Assembly (NCBI GenBank): GCA_963848295.1 | Contig: CAWKDB010000011.1 | Coordinates: 288,001 to 352,000 of the forward strand | Length of the DNA stretch: 64,000 nt | Reading direction: 5' to 3' | DNA from: an uncultured delta proteobacterium | Lineage (GTDB): Bacteria > Myxococcota_A > Polyangia > Haliangiales > Haliangiaceae | In this document: positions 20,701-30,129 of the stretch, one piece after another | How positions within the stretch are numbered: position 1 is the stretch's first letter | Layout of the letters: each line of letters begins with the position of its first letter | Notes under the pieces: generated by a model | Database searches by the model: none | Seen by the model: the letters and a program-made list of their open reading frames with translations, nothing else | Told to the model about the DNA's origin: nothing | Translations under genes and position numbers: made by a program

Positions 20701-22237
20701 CGAGCTCGCCGAGCGCGACGAGCTGTTCGGGCGTCCGCGACATCAGACCGGGGACGAGCGCGGCGACCTCCGCGAGCGCGGCGGCGAGCTCGTCGACCGC
20801 GATGCGCGCTTCGCCCAACGCGGCGCTGGCCGTCGTGACGCACGCGTCGCTATCGGCGTTCAGCCGATCGACGTTCGCGGCCCGCCACGGGTGAGTCGCG
20901 ACCGGCTCGACCGCAGCGGCAGCGGTCGCGAGCTCGGTGACCGCGCGCCTGCGGCGTTCGAACGTGTGGCGATCGAGCGACGGCGCATCGGCCTCGGCGA
21001 GGGCAGCGCACGGCGCGGTGCGCAGCTCGACCAGCCGACCGAGCGCGGCGTGCATCGACATGCCGAAGCCGCCAACCGCGTGCAACGCGCGAGCATAATC
21101 GTCGAGGGCGGTGCGAGCTTCGCCGAGCCGAGCCGGATCGCGCGGGCCGCGCGGTGGCTGCGCCGGGCGAGTGACTCGAGCGAGCGCCGCCGCCGGCACA
21201 GGAGCTTTGTCGAGGTTGACGCACAGGTCGCCGAGCCCGATCGCGGCGAGCCGGTCGTGCACGACGTCGAGCGCGAGCGTGCGATCGCTGACCACGAGCG
21301 CGGTCTTGCCGAGCGCCGCGCAATGCGCGATCGCGTTCGCGATCGTCTGCGACTTTCCGCTGCCCGGCGGCCCCGCAAGCACGAAGCTCTCGCCGGCGCC
21401 GATCGCGGCGATCGCGGCGATCTGACTCGCATCGGCGTCGAGCGGTGCGGTCACGCTGTCGAGCTCGGTCGGCGCCGTAAACGTCGGCCCCTCGGCCTGA
21501 GGAGTCGACCGTCCTTCGCTTCGCGCGGACAGCCGATCGATCGATCGGCCTCGGGGCGCGAGCGCTGGCGGAGTCGCGTCGCCGCACAGCCACGCGATCG
21601 GCGCGCGATCGAGCGCGGCATCATCGAGGCTATCGAGATCGCGCCGCAGGTCGTGAGCGGCAAACGACAGCGCGACCAGCCGAGCCGCGCGGTCGAGCGT
21701 CCACCCCGGCTGGGCTTCGGCGAGCGCAGCGGCCGCATCGAGTAGCGTCGCGAGATCGCCGTCGGCGCCGAGCACGTGGCCGCGTTCGGCGAGCGCTTCG
21801 ACGAGCGGCTGATTGATTCGCGGCAACGCGCCGGTCGCGGCGACGAGCCTGAGCCCACCCGGCGCGCGTTGCAGCTCGACCGGCATCAGCCACAGCGGCG
21901 CGAGGGCTCCGCCGTCCCAGCCGAGCAAGCCCGCCGCGAGCCACAAGCCGTGGCTGCCTTCGGCGCGGGCATCGTCGGCGGCGCGGCGCAGCGCGCGCAG
22001 CTCGCGGGCGAGGTCGTCGGCGGCCATCGCGATCCGCAGCCGGCCGACCTCGAGCGCGCCGGCCTCCCCGGCCTCGACGACATAGCCCGAGCCCGCGGCG
22101 AGCGCGAACGAGATCCGGATCGGATCGACGCCGGCGAGCGCGAGCCCGTGGTCGCGGAGCTCGACCAGCGAGTCGCTGGCGGGATCGAGGAGTGACTGCG
22201 TCCAGGTTGCGATGCGCGCGCGCGCGGCGGGGGTCAC
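17783..22237 (-). CDS. DUF4011 - SF1 helicase - Vsr/MTES_1575-like nuclease - DUF3320 protein (Hhe-like architecture)
   Basis: WTQSLLD and LWLAAGLLGW..APLWLMPVEL (DUF4011-like); DADASQ, GPPGSGKSQTIAN, FDVVIFDEAS, HYRSRHEDL, LNVAVTRAR; IEHDG..ARDRDRLR..LGWRTHRIWS. Confidence 0.85.
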   Translation of the reverse strand: MTPAARARIATWTQSLLDPASDSLVELRDHGLALAGVDPIRISFALAAGSGYVVEAGEAGALEVGRLRIAMAADDLARELRALRRAADDARAEGSHGLWLAAGLLGWDGGALAPLWLMPVELQRAPGGLRLVAATGALPRINQPLVEALAERGHVLGADGDLATLLDAAAALAEAQPGWTLDRAARLVALSFAAHDLRRDLDSLDDAALDRAPIAWLCGDATPPALAPRGRSIDRLSARSEGRSTPQAEGPTFTAPTELDSVTAPLDADASQIAAIAAIGAGESFVLAGPPGSGKSQTIANAIAHCAALGKTALVVSDRTLALDVVHDRLAAIGLGDLCVNLDKAPVPAAALARVTRPAQPPRGPRDPARLGEARTALDDYARALHAVGGFGMSMHAALGRLVELRTAPCAALAEADAPSLDRHTFERRRRAVTELATAAAAVEPVATHPWRAANVDRLNADSDACVTTASAALGEARIAVDELAAALAEVAALVPGLMSRTPEQLVALGELARLAAASARPGAELLTTVRSAKDDLDEKIALLRARGVGTLDVPRDPTAFLAIATRHRALVTEVESTFGDVAPCETLDASALWTQLRRWSHSAAPVRYLALRTARAQVRAAGHLESDAAMVTALEAVIAERACRAALLAASEPARRWFGDLVSADLLAASLGSLETAVTWAGELRRAFDQVTVHGGETAKQAAWRALVAQVAATTGETGTELTAFATLAAATVRWRAALAALAAATGIAESALGSGADHLVQLRDQLELLSPLAPALADWVRYQLARRAAVDASIHAAIAAIDRGEVAAAELAATWERATLLGWADSELARWPALARFDGAAHHARITSFGELERSTLALGRARALAARTAACVLATPAAVAAHLDPVRPPFDVVIFDEASRLPTGAALGALARANAVIVIGDDRQLSPARGPGLYADAIAAGLPVLLLGAHYRSRHEDLFALPATRTYAGRIQVLPAAQRTGERGVSWRDGTSDAAIGEAVRRGRSVAIVALSAEIRGELEAKLEAARVEHVLVATPDRMMGDERDVIVLAAYGPFDALAMPQGESWLNVAVTRARDQLVVVSPHDPAALGDELGDALGDAPAHRELAELLRFARAGGGVGCSAGAAPASPITAAIARALMDRGWTLRHRVGVGPYKLDLAVVDPDDDARFVLAIEHDGEGYASAGSARDRDRLRAQQLAQLGWRTHRIWSFDWWYDSEREIQRAHGAIVAAIAALRQKRVATGPTAAPRFARGTVPARGSRPTAVTAELASGSGPAPLCGSIDNAQTTPMRLARGAIAIAPYVAAAIPAGRRAPDDMFAARHGAELGKVVEQVLAAEAPMHVDLLARRVGAYFGVGRMTPEVSAQVKAAITGRGRLGDEQGVVWRVDQDPATLPGVRVASSAPGTRRDIAEVPLSELAAAARVVVERAGGISSADLVRDAARLLGYGRIDSRVTERVARGVQLAQARELIAIEAGRAHVLS

Positions 22238-22394
22238 TGCCCCAATCTGATCCTATGGGCGCGTAGCTCCAAGAATTTGGCGGTCGCCGACGAGATCCCG
22301 GTCGACGCCAGGGCGCGACGCTCCCCGGCCCCGCCGATTCGGCCGCCGGTCACCATCCGCGGTCCCGGCTCGCACTCGCTGATACGCTCGGGCG

Positions 22395-23573
22395 GTGACC
22401 CTCGATCGCTGGGCGCTCTCCGCCGACGTGGTGCATCTGAACCACGGCTCGTACGGCGGAGTACCGCGCGACGTGCTCGCCACCGCAACCGGATGGCGGG
22501 CTCGACTCGAAGCGGCGCCGATGAGGTTCTACGTGCTCGACTGGCAACCCGAGCTCGATCGGGCGCGCGCCGTGCTCGCCGAGTTTGTCCGGGCGCCGGA
22601 CAGCCAGCTCGTGTTCGCACCGAACGCGACGACCGCGATCGCGACCGTGCTCGCGAGCCTTCGCGACCGGCTCGCCGCCGGCGACGAGCTGCTCACGACC
22701 AGCCACGCCTATCGCGCGGTCAAGAACCAGCTAGATCGCCTCGCCGGGGCGACCGGCGCACGGGTCGTGGTCGCGCCGATCGCGCTGCCGTACGATCCCG
22801 AGCAGACCGCCGCCGCGATCCTCGCCGCCGCGACGCCGCGCACGAAGCTCGCGGTGCTCGATCACATCACGTCGCCGACCGCGCTGCGCCTCCCGATCGA
22901 GCAGCTCGCGCCGGCGCTGTCCGCGCGCGGCATCGCGGTGCTGATCGACGGCGCGCACGCTCCGGGCCAGATCGAGCTCGACCTCGGCGCGCTGCTCGCG
23001 AGCGGGGTCAGCTGGTACGCCGGCAACAACCACAAGTGGCTGTGCGCGCCGAAAGCGAGCGGCTTCCTCGTCGCCGCGACGCCGGTCGCGCCGATCGTGA
23101 CGTCGCACGGCGCGAGCCCGGAGTACGGTCCGGCAAATCGATGGCACGCCGAGCTCGACTGGGCCGGCACGCACGATCCGTGCGTTCACCTCACGGTGCC
23201 GACGGCCATCGCGAGCATCGCGGCGCTCGGCGGTGGCTGGCCGGACGTGATCGCGCGCAACCACGCCGCCGCGCTCGACCTGCGCGATCGCGTGATCGAC
23301 GGTCTCGGTGGCACGCCGCATCGCTACCGCCTCGCGGATGATGCGTCGACCGGCGCGATGGCGGCGATCGAGATCGCCTTGCCCACCGACCTGACCCCGT
23401 TCGCGCTGCAACGCGCGCTGCTCGAGGACGGCTGGGAGGTCGCGATCGTCGACTTCGCGGCGGGACCGCTCGTCCGCATCAGTACGCACCTCTATAACGA
23501 GGCCGCCCAGGGCGATCTGCTCGCGCGCGAGCTGCATCGCCGGGGCGTGCGGCTACGCGCCGCGGTGCGCTGA
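22395..23573 (+). CDS. Class V PLP aminotransferase (isopenicillin N epimerase/hercynylcysteine lyase-like)
   Basis: LNHGSYG, NAT, DHITSPTA, DGAHAPG, NNHKWLCAPK. Confidence 0.88.
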   Translation: MTLDRWALSADVVHLNHGSYGGVPRDVLATATGWRARLEAAPMRFYVLDWQPELDRARAVLAEFVRAPDSQLVFAPNATTAIATVLASLRDRLAAGDELLTTSHAYRAVKNQLDRLAGATGARVVVAPIALPYDPEQTAAAILAAATPRTKLAVLDHITSPTALRLPIEQLAPALSARGIAVLIDGAHAPGQIELDLGALLASGVSWYAGNNHKWLCAPKASGFLVAATPVAPIVTSHGASPEYGPANRWHAELDWAGTHDPCVHLTVPTAIASIAALGGGWPDVIARNHAAALDLRDRVIDGLGGTPHRYRLADDASTGAMAAIEIALPTDLTPFALQRALLEDGWEVAIVDFAAGPLVRISTHLYNEAAQGDLLARELHRRGVRLRAAVR

Positions 23574-23576
23574 GGC

Positions 23577-25223
23577 TCAGGGAGCTCTCAGGCCGCGCAC
23601 CTTGAAGATCTGCACCGCCTGCTCGCGACCCTTGACGTGGATCTCCCCGAACGCCTCGCCTTCGATCACGCCCTTCGCGAGCTCGTGAGTCGCTTCGGAG
23701 ATCAGGATGTCGGTACCGAGCTCCTTGGTCTTGGTCTCGAGCCGCGACGCGAGGTTCACCGCATCGCCGATCACCGTGTACTCCATGCGCTTCGCGCTGC
23801 CGATGTTGCCGGCGACGACCTCGCCGGTATGCAGCCCGATGCCGAACCGGAGCGTCGGTAGGCCGCGCGGCGCGAGTCGTTCGTTGAGCTTCGCGAGCGC
23901 GGCGCGCATCGCTACCGCGGCACGTGTCGCGTGGATCGCGTCGTCGCGGCGCGACACCGGCGCGCCGAACACCGCCATGATGTTGTCGCCGATGTACTTG
24001 TCGACCACGCCACCCTCGGCGATCACGCAGTCGACCATCTCGGTGAAGTACTCGTTGAGCAGGCCGACGATCTCCTGCGCGTTGCGCTTCTCGGACAGCG
24101 ACGTGAAGTCGCGCAGGTCGCAGAACAGGATCGTGACCTCGAGCGTCTTGCCGCCGAGCTCGACCTCGCCTGCGAGCAGGTGAGCGACGACCGCTTCGGT
24201 CATGTACTTGCCCATCGTGGTGCGCAACTTGTCGCGCTCCTGCAGGCCGACGACCATCGCGTTGAACCCCTCGGCGAGGTCCTCGAGCTCGTCGCCGGTC
24301 TTGACCACGTCGACCTTGACGTACTCTTGCTTCTCGAGCTTGCTCATCGCGTGGTTGACGCGGGACAGCGCGCGCGACATCCGCGATGCGAGTCGCCAGC
24401 CGAACGCGATCGAGAGCAACGTCGTCGCGCTGAGGATCGCGAGCGCGAACAGCGTGTGATTACGCACGATCGTCTTGATGTCGGTGACGTCGAGCGCGGC
24501 GGTAAACCGCAGCGTGGTGTCGCCCTTCGGCATGCGCGGCGGGATGAAGCTCGCGATCGCCCAGGTGTCACCGCGAGACGACACGATCTCACCCGCGGGG
24601 GTCGCCTCGGCGAGATCGTATTTCGGGAAGCTCTCGGTCGAATAGATCAGCTGCCCGCTCTGCTGTAGCGCGAGCTCGAGCCCGAGCTTCTGCTTCGCGT
24701 TCGTGAAGTACGCGGCGTCGAGCGGCAGACACACGAGCACCGAGCCCGCCGCGCCGACCGCGCGCACGACGCCGACCGCAGGTGGTGCCGCGGGATCGGC
24801 CTCGCACCCGTGTGGCATCACCGTCCGGTGATGGGGCGGCATCGCCGGCAGCGCGGGCTGCGGATGATCGCAACCGACCGATGCGACGACCGCCCCGGTG
24901 ACGTCGTAGAACACGATGTCGATGTCCGGATAGGCCTCGTGAAACGGCGCGGACAACCGGACCAGCGCCGCGGTGTCCTTCGCGAGCAGCGCCGGCTCGG
25001 TCGGGCCGAGCTCGGACAACGCACGCGAGGTCACGCGCAAGTCGAGCATGTCGTCGGCGAGCTCCTGGTCGAAGCCGTGGATCGCTTGCGGGACGCGATC
25101 ATCGACCTCGTCGACGAGCTGGCGGTGCATGAAGTACGACAGCACCGGGATCACGACGAGCGCCGCGATCGCCGAGAACGCGACCAGCGCGGTCAGCTTC
25201 CGGCGAACCGTGCCTAACAGCAC
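23577..25223 (-). CDS. Membrane class III adenylate/guanylate cyclase with HAMP domain
   Basis: Two TM helices; GDELEDLAEGFNAM; ILFCDLRDFT, DKYIGDNIMA, GNIGS..EYTVIGDAVNLASRLE. Confidence 0.92.
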   Translation of the reverse strand: MLLGTVRRKLTALVAFSAIAALVVIPVLSYFMHRQLVDEVDDRVPQAIHGFDQELADDMLDLRVTSRALSELGPTEPALLAKDTAALVRLSAPFHEAYPDIDIVFYDVTGAVVASVGCDHPQPALPAMPPHHRTVMPHGCEADPAAPPAVGVVRAVGAAGSVLVCLPLDAAYFTNAKQKLGLELALQQSGQLIYSTESFPKYDLAEATPAGEIVSSRGDTWAIASFIPPRMPKGDTTLRFTAALDVTDIKTIVRNHTLFALAILSATTLLSIAFGWRLASRMSRALSRVNHAMSKLEKQEYVKVDVVKTGDELEDLAEGFNAMVVGLQERDKLRTTMGKYMTEAVVAHLLAGEVELGGKTLEVTILFCDLRDFTSLSEKRNAQEIVGLLNEYFTEMVDCVIAEGGVVDKYIGDNIMAVFGAPVSRRDDAIHATRAAVAMRAALAKLNERLAPRGLPTLRFGIGLHTGEVVAGNIGSAKRMEYTVIGDAVNLASRLETKTKELGTDILISEATHELAKGVIEGEAFGEIHVKGREQAVQIFKVRGLRAP

Positions 25224-25226
25224 GCG

Positions 25227-26706
25227 CTAGATCTTCTTGTTGCGACGCTGCTGGAAACTGTACGGGCGATGCGACGATGTGCCCTTGTCGCCGCCGTCTC
25301 CGCCCTCGCCTTCGACCGGCGTCCCCGCGAGCGCCTCTTCGGCGCCGGGGCGGAACTTGATCGACGACAGCGGGCTCTCGGCGACGAGCACTTGGTTCTG
25401 CCGGCCGAGCACGGTCTCGGTGCCTTCGAGCTTGTCGATGTCGTCGAGGATGTCGTCGACCGTCGCGTAGCGCTCGCCGCGCGAGTCGCGGGTCATACGA
25501 TCGAAGATGTCGTCGATGCCGTGCGGCAGCGTCGGGTTGATCTGCGACGGCATCGGCGAGCGCCGGCCTGGCAGCTTGCGCGTCAACAGCTCGTAGAAGA
25601 TGATGCCGAGTCGCGTAGATATCGCCCTGCGGTCCCGCCGCCATCGGGTCGGAGTACAGCTCCGGCGCCATGTACGCGACGTTGCCCATCCCGACGTAGA
25701 TCTGGCGAATCACCGCGTGATCGCGCTCGACGATGCGGGTGAACCCGAAGTCCGAGACCTTGACGTTGCCGTACGCGTCGATCAGCAGCTGCTCCGGCTT
25801 CATGCCCCGGTGGTAGACGCGTTGCGCGTGCGCGGCCTTGAGCGCGTGCAGCGTCTGGAGCAGATACTTGAACGCGAGCTCGACCGGAATCTCCTCGGCG
25901 TCGTTGATCAACCGGCGCGCCGAGCCGTTCGGCGCGAGCTCGGTGACGAGGAACGGATACTCGACCCACAGGTTGACGTCGTGGATCGGCAGGATGTTCG
26001 GGTGCGCGAGGTTGCCCCACGCGCGCACGACATCGGTGAACCGGCGCACGATCTCGTTGCGCTGATCCTCGCTGAAGAACCCGAACAGATCGCGAATCTC
26101 TTTGAGCGCGACCTCGCGATTCAACGCGACCTGGCGGGCGCGATAGACCGTGCCCATGCCGCCCGAGCCGATCGTCGCGAGCTTCTCGTAGCGAACTTCG
26201 CCCGCGGCCATCTCGATGTCGCCGGCGACCACCGCCGACGGCCGTCCGCCCGACGTCGCGACCTTTGCGCCCGGATCTTTGCGCGGCAGGCCCTGGCTCA
26301 CCGAGCCTTCACGCGGATCGCGCGGCATCGCGCTCGACTGCACGCCGGACTGGCTGCCCATCGGCACCGCGGCGGCCGGCACGGCCATCGCCCGACTCTG
26401 GCGCAGCTTCTTGAAGTGACTGACCGCGCGCTCGGTAAACTCGGCGAGGTTACCGCCGTTCACGACGGTCTCGCCCTCGGGCGAGACCTCGAGGCTCTCG
26501 CTCGATCGGTCGTGGCGCAGGTATCCGGACTTCTCCAGGAACCCGACGTACTCCGCGAACGGGATCGAGACCGCGCCTTCACAGACGCGGCGGATATCGT
26601 CGTAGCGGTTTTGGCGGCCATAGCGCGCCTCGGCCATGACGTTCGCGAGGATGAAGCGAGCCTCTTCGCAGAGGACTTCCTTCGTGACCTTGGCACGGCC
26701 TTCCAT
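25227..26706 (-). CDS. Hanks-type Ser/Thr kinase-like protein with N-terminal wHTH-like domain (+1 frameshift near 25611)
   Basis: IGSGGMGTVY, VALKE, HPNIL, HRGMKPEQ, SDFG, YMAPE; C-lobe continues in frame 25227..25586. Confidence 0.85.
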
Positions 26707-26739
26707 ACGACGGATTGTAGGCATCCCAGCTCGGTATAA

Positions 26740-27153
26740 TCAAATGGGCGGGCCCTCGGCGATGAGACGATCGACCAACGGGCGATCGGCGGCCAAGATC
26801 GGTTTTTGGTCGAGCTCGTCGCTTGCGAGCCACGCGAGGTCGGCAACCTCGACGGCGCGAGCGACCTCGCCCGGCAGGAGCCGGCACGCGTAGACGAGCA
26901 TGACGAGGTCGAACGCCGGATAGGCGTGGAACAACACGTCCCAGATCCGGCCGACCTCGACCGCGATGCCGAGCTCCTCGTGCAGCTCGCGGGCGAGTGC
27001 GGCGGCGGGAGCTTCGCCGGCCTCGACCTTGCCACCCGGGAATTCCCACTCGAGCGGCAGCGCTTGATCGGCGCGGCGCTGCGAGATCAACACGCGGCGA
27101 TCGGGCCCGACGATCAACCCGGCGACGACGAGCACGCGCTTGCGATCGGTCAC
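26740..27153 (-). CDS. Nudix (MutT/NudG-like) dNTP pyrophosphohydrolase
   Basis: WEFPGGKVEAGEAPAAALARELHEELG Nudix box. Confidence 0.9.
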   Translation of the reverse strand: MTDRKRVLVVAGLIVGPDRRVLISQRRADQALPLEWEFPGGKVEAGEAPAAALARELHEELGIAVEVGRIWDVLFHAYPAFDLVMLVYACRLLPGEVARAVEVADLAWLASDELDQKPILAADRPLVDRLIAEGPPI

Positions 27154-27938
27154 GCTGACTCCAGCGCGGTGATGTCGCGATACGGCGTGACGTCGGGAGC
27201 GCCATCGGCGAACAGATAGTGAGCCACGCGCCCGCGTTCGATCGCCGCGATCGTCGAGCTGCGGGTGCCATAGGTCGGGCTGTAGATGCAGGTGGCGGTC
27301 AGCTCTCGCGCCAGCTCATGCGGTAGGTGTGACGGCGGGACCTGGTCGATCGGAGAGCGTTCGCGATTGCCGAGCGCGGTGCGCAGGCGGCTCTCGAGCA
27401 TCGCCCAGCCGCGGCCGCCCGGGAGCGCGAGCACCTGATCGATCGCCGCGCGCAACCGGTCGCCGCCCGGGAAGCCGGGGGACCCGAGCCGATCGTTCGC
27501 GAGCACGTGCACGCCGTGCGCTAGCGCCGCGGTGTCGAGCGCGCCGGCCTCGCGCCGCGTGTACGCGACCGACACGCGATCGGCGTCGCCCCACACGAGG
27601 TTCATGCTCGCATACGCGCGCGGATCGAGCGCGGCGATGTAACCATCGGGATCGTCGGTGATCGCGAGCTCGCGCACGACCGTGCCGCGCGACTTCAAGC
27701 TAGCCGGACGGTCGGCCCCGATGGAGCGATGATTTGTCACCGCCGCGAACCGCCCATCGGCCCGGATCGCGAGCCACGTACCGCCGGCTTGTACGTCGAT
27801 GCCACCGACGACCGCGCCGTGTGACGTGTGGGCGAGCACTTCAGGTCCACGCGTCGGTCGCGCGTACAGCTCGTCGCGATTCGCGGCGAGTACGACCGGT
27901 GATTCGGCGACTCCGAACAGGATGGCGATCGTGCACAT
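27150..27938 (-). CDS. NRDE (TANGO2) family protein
   Basis: MC start; AANRDE, GGTWL, VTN, SRG, YGTRSST. Confidence 0.92.
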   Translation of the reverse strand: MCTIAILFGVAESPVVLAANRDELYARPTRGPEVLAHTSHGAVVGGIDVQAGGTWLAIRADGRFAAVTNHRSIGADRPASLKSRGTVVRELAITDDPDGYIAALDPRAYASMNLVWGDADRVSVAYTRREAGALDTAALAHGVHVLANDRLGSPGFPGGDRLRAAIDQVLALPGGRGWAMLESRLRTALGNRERSPIDQVPPSHLPHELARELTATCIYSPTYGTRSSTIAAIERGRVAHYLFADGAPDVTPYRDITALESA

Positions 27939-27976
27939 GCGACGAAGAAAGTATGGGAGGTAACGTGCGGCGCGCC

Positions 27977-28005
27977 TTGCATGTAGCGCCTGCGGAACCT
28001 ACAGT
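27977..28005 (+). promoter_or_regulatory. Sigma70-type promoter for the DUF507 gene
   Basis: TTGCAT-N17-TACAGT, ending 9 nt before the ATG at 28015. Confidence 0.55.
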
Positions 28006-28014
28006 GCCGCGGAG

Positions 28015-28530
28015 ATGAGACTGTATCCAGGGAAGGTCGATAGCATCGCCTCCGAGATCATCACTACGCTCACGACAGCCGGTGATATCGAGGTCAGCGA
28101 TGCGAACGAGGCACAGCTCGACATCGCCGCGGTGCTTAAAGAGTACATCCGCGTCGAAAAAGAACTGACCGAGCGGGCCAAAGACATCCTGGAGATCCGC
28201 GGGCTTCCCTACAGCCACCTCGGTCGCACCAAGCGTCAGCTCGCCGAGCAGAAGGAATTCGGCCTGGGCGAAGAGGGCCTGACCTGGATCGCGAGCCAGA
28301 TGCTCGAGGCGTTCATGTCATCGCGCCACGTCGACGAGGTGTTCGCCGACGACGCGATCTTGCGCCGGAAGATCAAGGATATCTGCAAGAAGCATATGCA
28401 GGTCGACGAGGCGATCGACCAAGAAGTGCGCGACCGGATCAAGAACCTCGAAGAAGGTACGCAAGCGTGGGACATCGAGTACGGCAAGGTGCTCGAGCAG
28501 GTCAAAGGCAAGCACGGAATCAAGGAGTAG
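28015..28530 (+). CDS. DUF507 family protein
   Basis: MRLYPGKV..; DEVFADD..LRRKI; EIDQEVR-like and EEGT..WDIEY C-terminus. Confidence 0.75.
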   Translation: MRLYPGKVDSIASEIITTLTTAGDIEVSDANEAQLDIAAVLKEYIRVEKELTERAKDILEIRGLPYSHLGRTKRQLAEQKEFGLGEEGLTWIASQMLEAFMSSRHVDEVFADDAILRRKIKDICKKHMQVDEAIDQEVRDRIKNLEEGTQAWDIEYGKVLEQVKGKHGIKE

Positions 28531-28591
28531 TAGCGGCGGTCACGCTAGAGCTGACGCTTGCTCTTACTCGCGACGGGAGCATCCTTGAAGG

Positions 28592-28993
28592 ATGGGGGCT
28601 CGCGCCATTTGCACCGACTGCATCACCGCCCCGGTGATGGTGTGCGGGCGCTGCCTGGTGACGCTGTGCGAACGTCACGCGCTGGCGCCGAACGAGCGTT
28701 GCGCCGCGTGCGAGCGCGACTGGGGCTGTGACGCATCGACGCGACGCGCGGCGAAGATGATCTTCGCGCCGCCGATCGCGCTGCTGTCGGGCGGGCTGCT
28801 GTTCGGGTTGTTGCTGCCGGTCTCGATCGGGGGAGCGATCGGCGCCGCGGTGATGTGCACGCTCGCGTGCGGTACGGGTGTCAGCGCGGGAGCCGGCGCG
28901 TGCCGGCTGTTCGATCGATCGGCGCGTTCGGTGTTCTTGCGCGAGCGCACGCTGGGCTTACCGCCCGCGCGGCTGTTGCCGAAGCACCGCTGA
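28592..28993 (+). CDS. Hypothetical protein with N-terminal Cys/His zinc-finger-like cluster and two TM helices
   Basis: CxxC..CxxC..CxxH..CxxC followed by hydrophobic segments. Confidence 0.6.
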   Translation: MGARAICTDCITAPVMVCGRCLVTLCERHALAPNERCAACERDWGCDASTRRAAKMIFAPPIALLSGGLLFGLLLPVSIGGAIGAAVMCTLACGTGVSAGAGACRLFDRSARSVFLRERTLGLPPARLLPKHR

Positions 28994-29079
28994 CCGTCAG
29001 TGGAATCGGATCTCCGGCCGCTTCGGCTTCGGCTCGTTTGAATCCGGCGAAGGGTGCCGGAATCATCTCCGGCGCGCGC

Positions 29080-29400
29080 TCACCGCGTGAGCCGGAACAG
29101 CATCGCGCGCACGCGATCGAGTGGCGCCTCGATCGCGGCGAAGTCGTCGGCGGTGATGTAGCCGCGCGCCTTGGCGATCATGAGCGCCGTCGACAGCTCG
29201 CGCGCGCTGCCGAAGGCGCGGCGGAACATGTCGGGCCGGTCGAGGCCGGCGCGTGCGCTCGCCTCGGCGATGTTGAGCGCGATGCTCTCGGCGGCGCGGC
29301 CGATCTCGTCGGCGAGCGACTTGCGCCGCGATCGGAGCTTCGGCTCGATCGGAGCGAGCTGTTCGAGGACGGTGAGCGACTGAGCGAGGACGTCGAGCAT
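29080..29400 (-). CDS. Four-helix-bundle protein (23S rRNA-IVP/TIGR02436, Avd-like fold), copy A
   Basis: LADEIGRAAESIALNIAEA..FRRAFGSARELSTALMIA..GYI. Confidence 0.88.
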   Translation of the reverse strand: MLDVLAQSLTVLEQLAPIEPKLRSRRKSLADEIGRAAESIALNIAEASARAGLDRPDMFRRAFGSARELSTALMIAKARGYITADDFAAIEAPLDRVRAMLFRLTR

Positions 29401-29430
29401 TGGCGTTGCCTTTCGTGGATGAGCGGCGCA

Positions 29431-29616
29431 CCGATCGCCGGGGCCGTCTCGCCCGTCGCGCCGCACTCGCGCCGGCGCCGTGACGAGCGCGGGCACAGAT
29501 CTCCGCACGCGTCGGTCGATCCAACTCTGCGGCGGCCGCTCGCAGGCGTCGGTGGTCTCGGCGCTCGGCGCGGTGCTGGCGCGAAGCGGCGCAGGGCGAC
29601 GGCCACGGCGAATCGG
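29431..29616 (-). ncRNA. Putative structured rod-like hairpin element upstream of four-helix-bundle gene A
   Basis: Self-complementary ends; about 150 nt of the core is homologous (in inverted orientation) to 29913..30107. Confidence 0.6.
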
Positions 29617-29638
29617 AAGCCGCGGGTGCGAAAGGTGG

Positions 29639-29883
29639 CGGCATCGGCATCGGCTGCGGCGACGGCTGCGGCTGCGGCGACGGCGGCGGCTGCGGCGACG
29701 GCACCGGCTTCGGCTGCGGCGACGGCGGCGGCTGCGGCGACGGCACCGGCTTCGGCTGCGGCTGCGGCGACGGCTACGGCTGCGGCGGCGGCTGCGGCTG
29801 CGGCGACGGCGACGGCGACGGCGGCGGCTGCGGCGACGGCGACGGCTGCGGCTTCGGCGACGGCGACGGCGACGGCGACGGCC
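29639..29883. repeat. Degenerate hexamer tandem tract (CGGCNN)n, about 40 units
   Basis: cggcat cggcat cggctg cggcga cggctg ... between the two hairpin elements. Confidence 0.9.
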
Positions 29884-29912
29884 TTGGAACACTCGACGCT
29901 CCTTCGCTCGCG

Positions 29913-30107
29913 CCGATGGGCGGAACGTCTCTCTCGCCCTGCGCCGCTTCGCGCTTGTCCCGCGCCGAGCGCCGAGTGCGCCGGCGTGTGAGAGCGACCG
30001 CCGCGGAGTTGATCGGCCGGCGAGTGCGGTGGTCAGCGCCCGCGCTCGTCACGGGACCCGCGCGAGTGCGGCGCGACGGGCGAGAGAGAGACGTTCCTAC
30101 CCATCGG
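29913..30107 (+). ncRNA. Putative structured rod-like hairpin element upstream of four-helix-bundle gene B
   Basis: CCGATGGG-C-GGAACGTCTCTCTCGCCC pairs with GGGCGAGAGAGAGACGTTCC-TA-CCCATCGG; inner stems GCGCCGC/GCGGCGC, GTCCCG/CGGGAC, CGAGCGC/GCGCTCG. Confidence 0.65.
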
Positions 30108-30129
30108 CCACTCACCTCGGAGGATCTTC

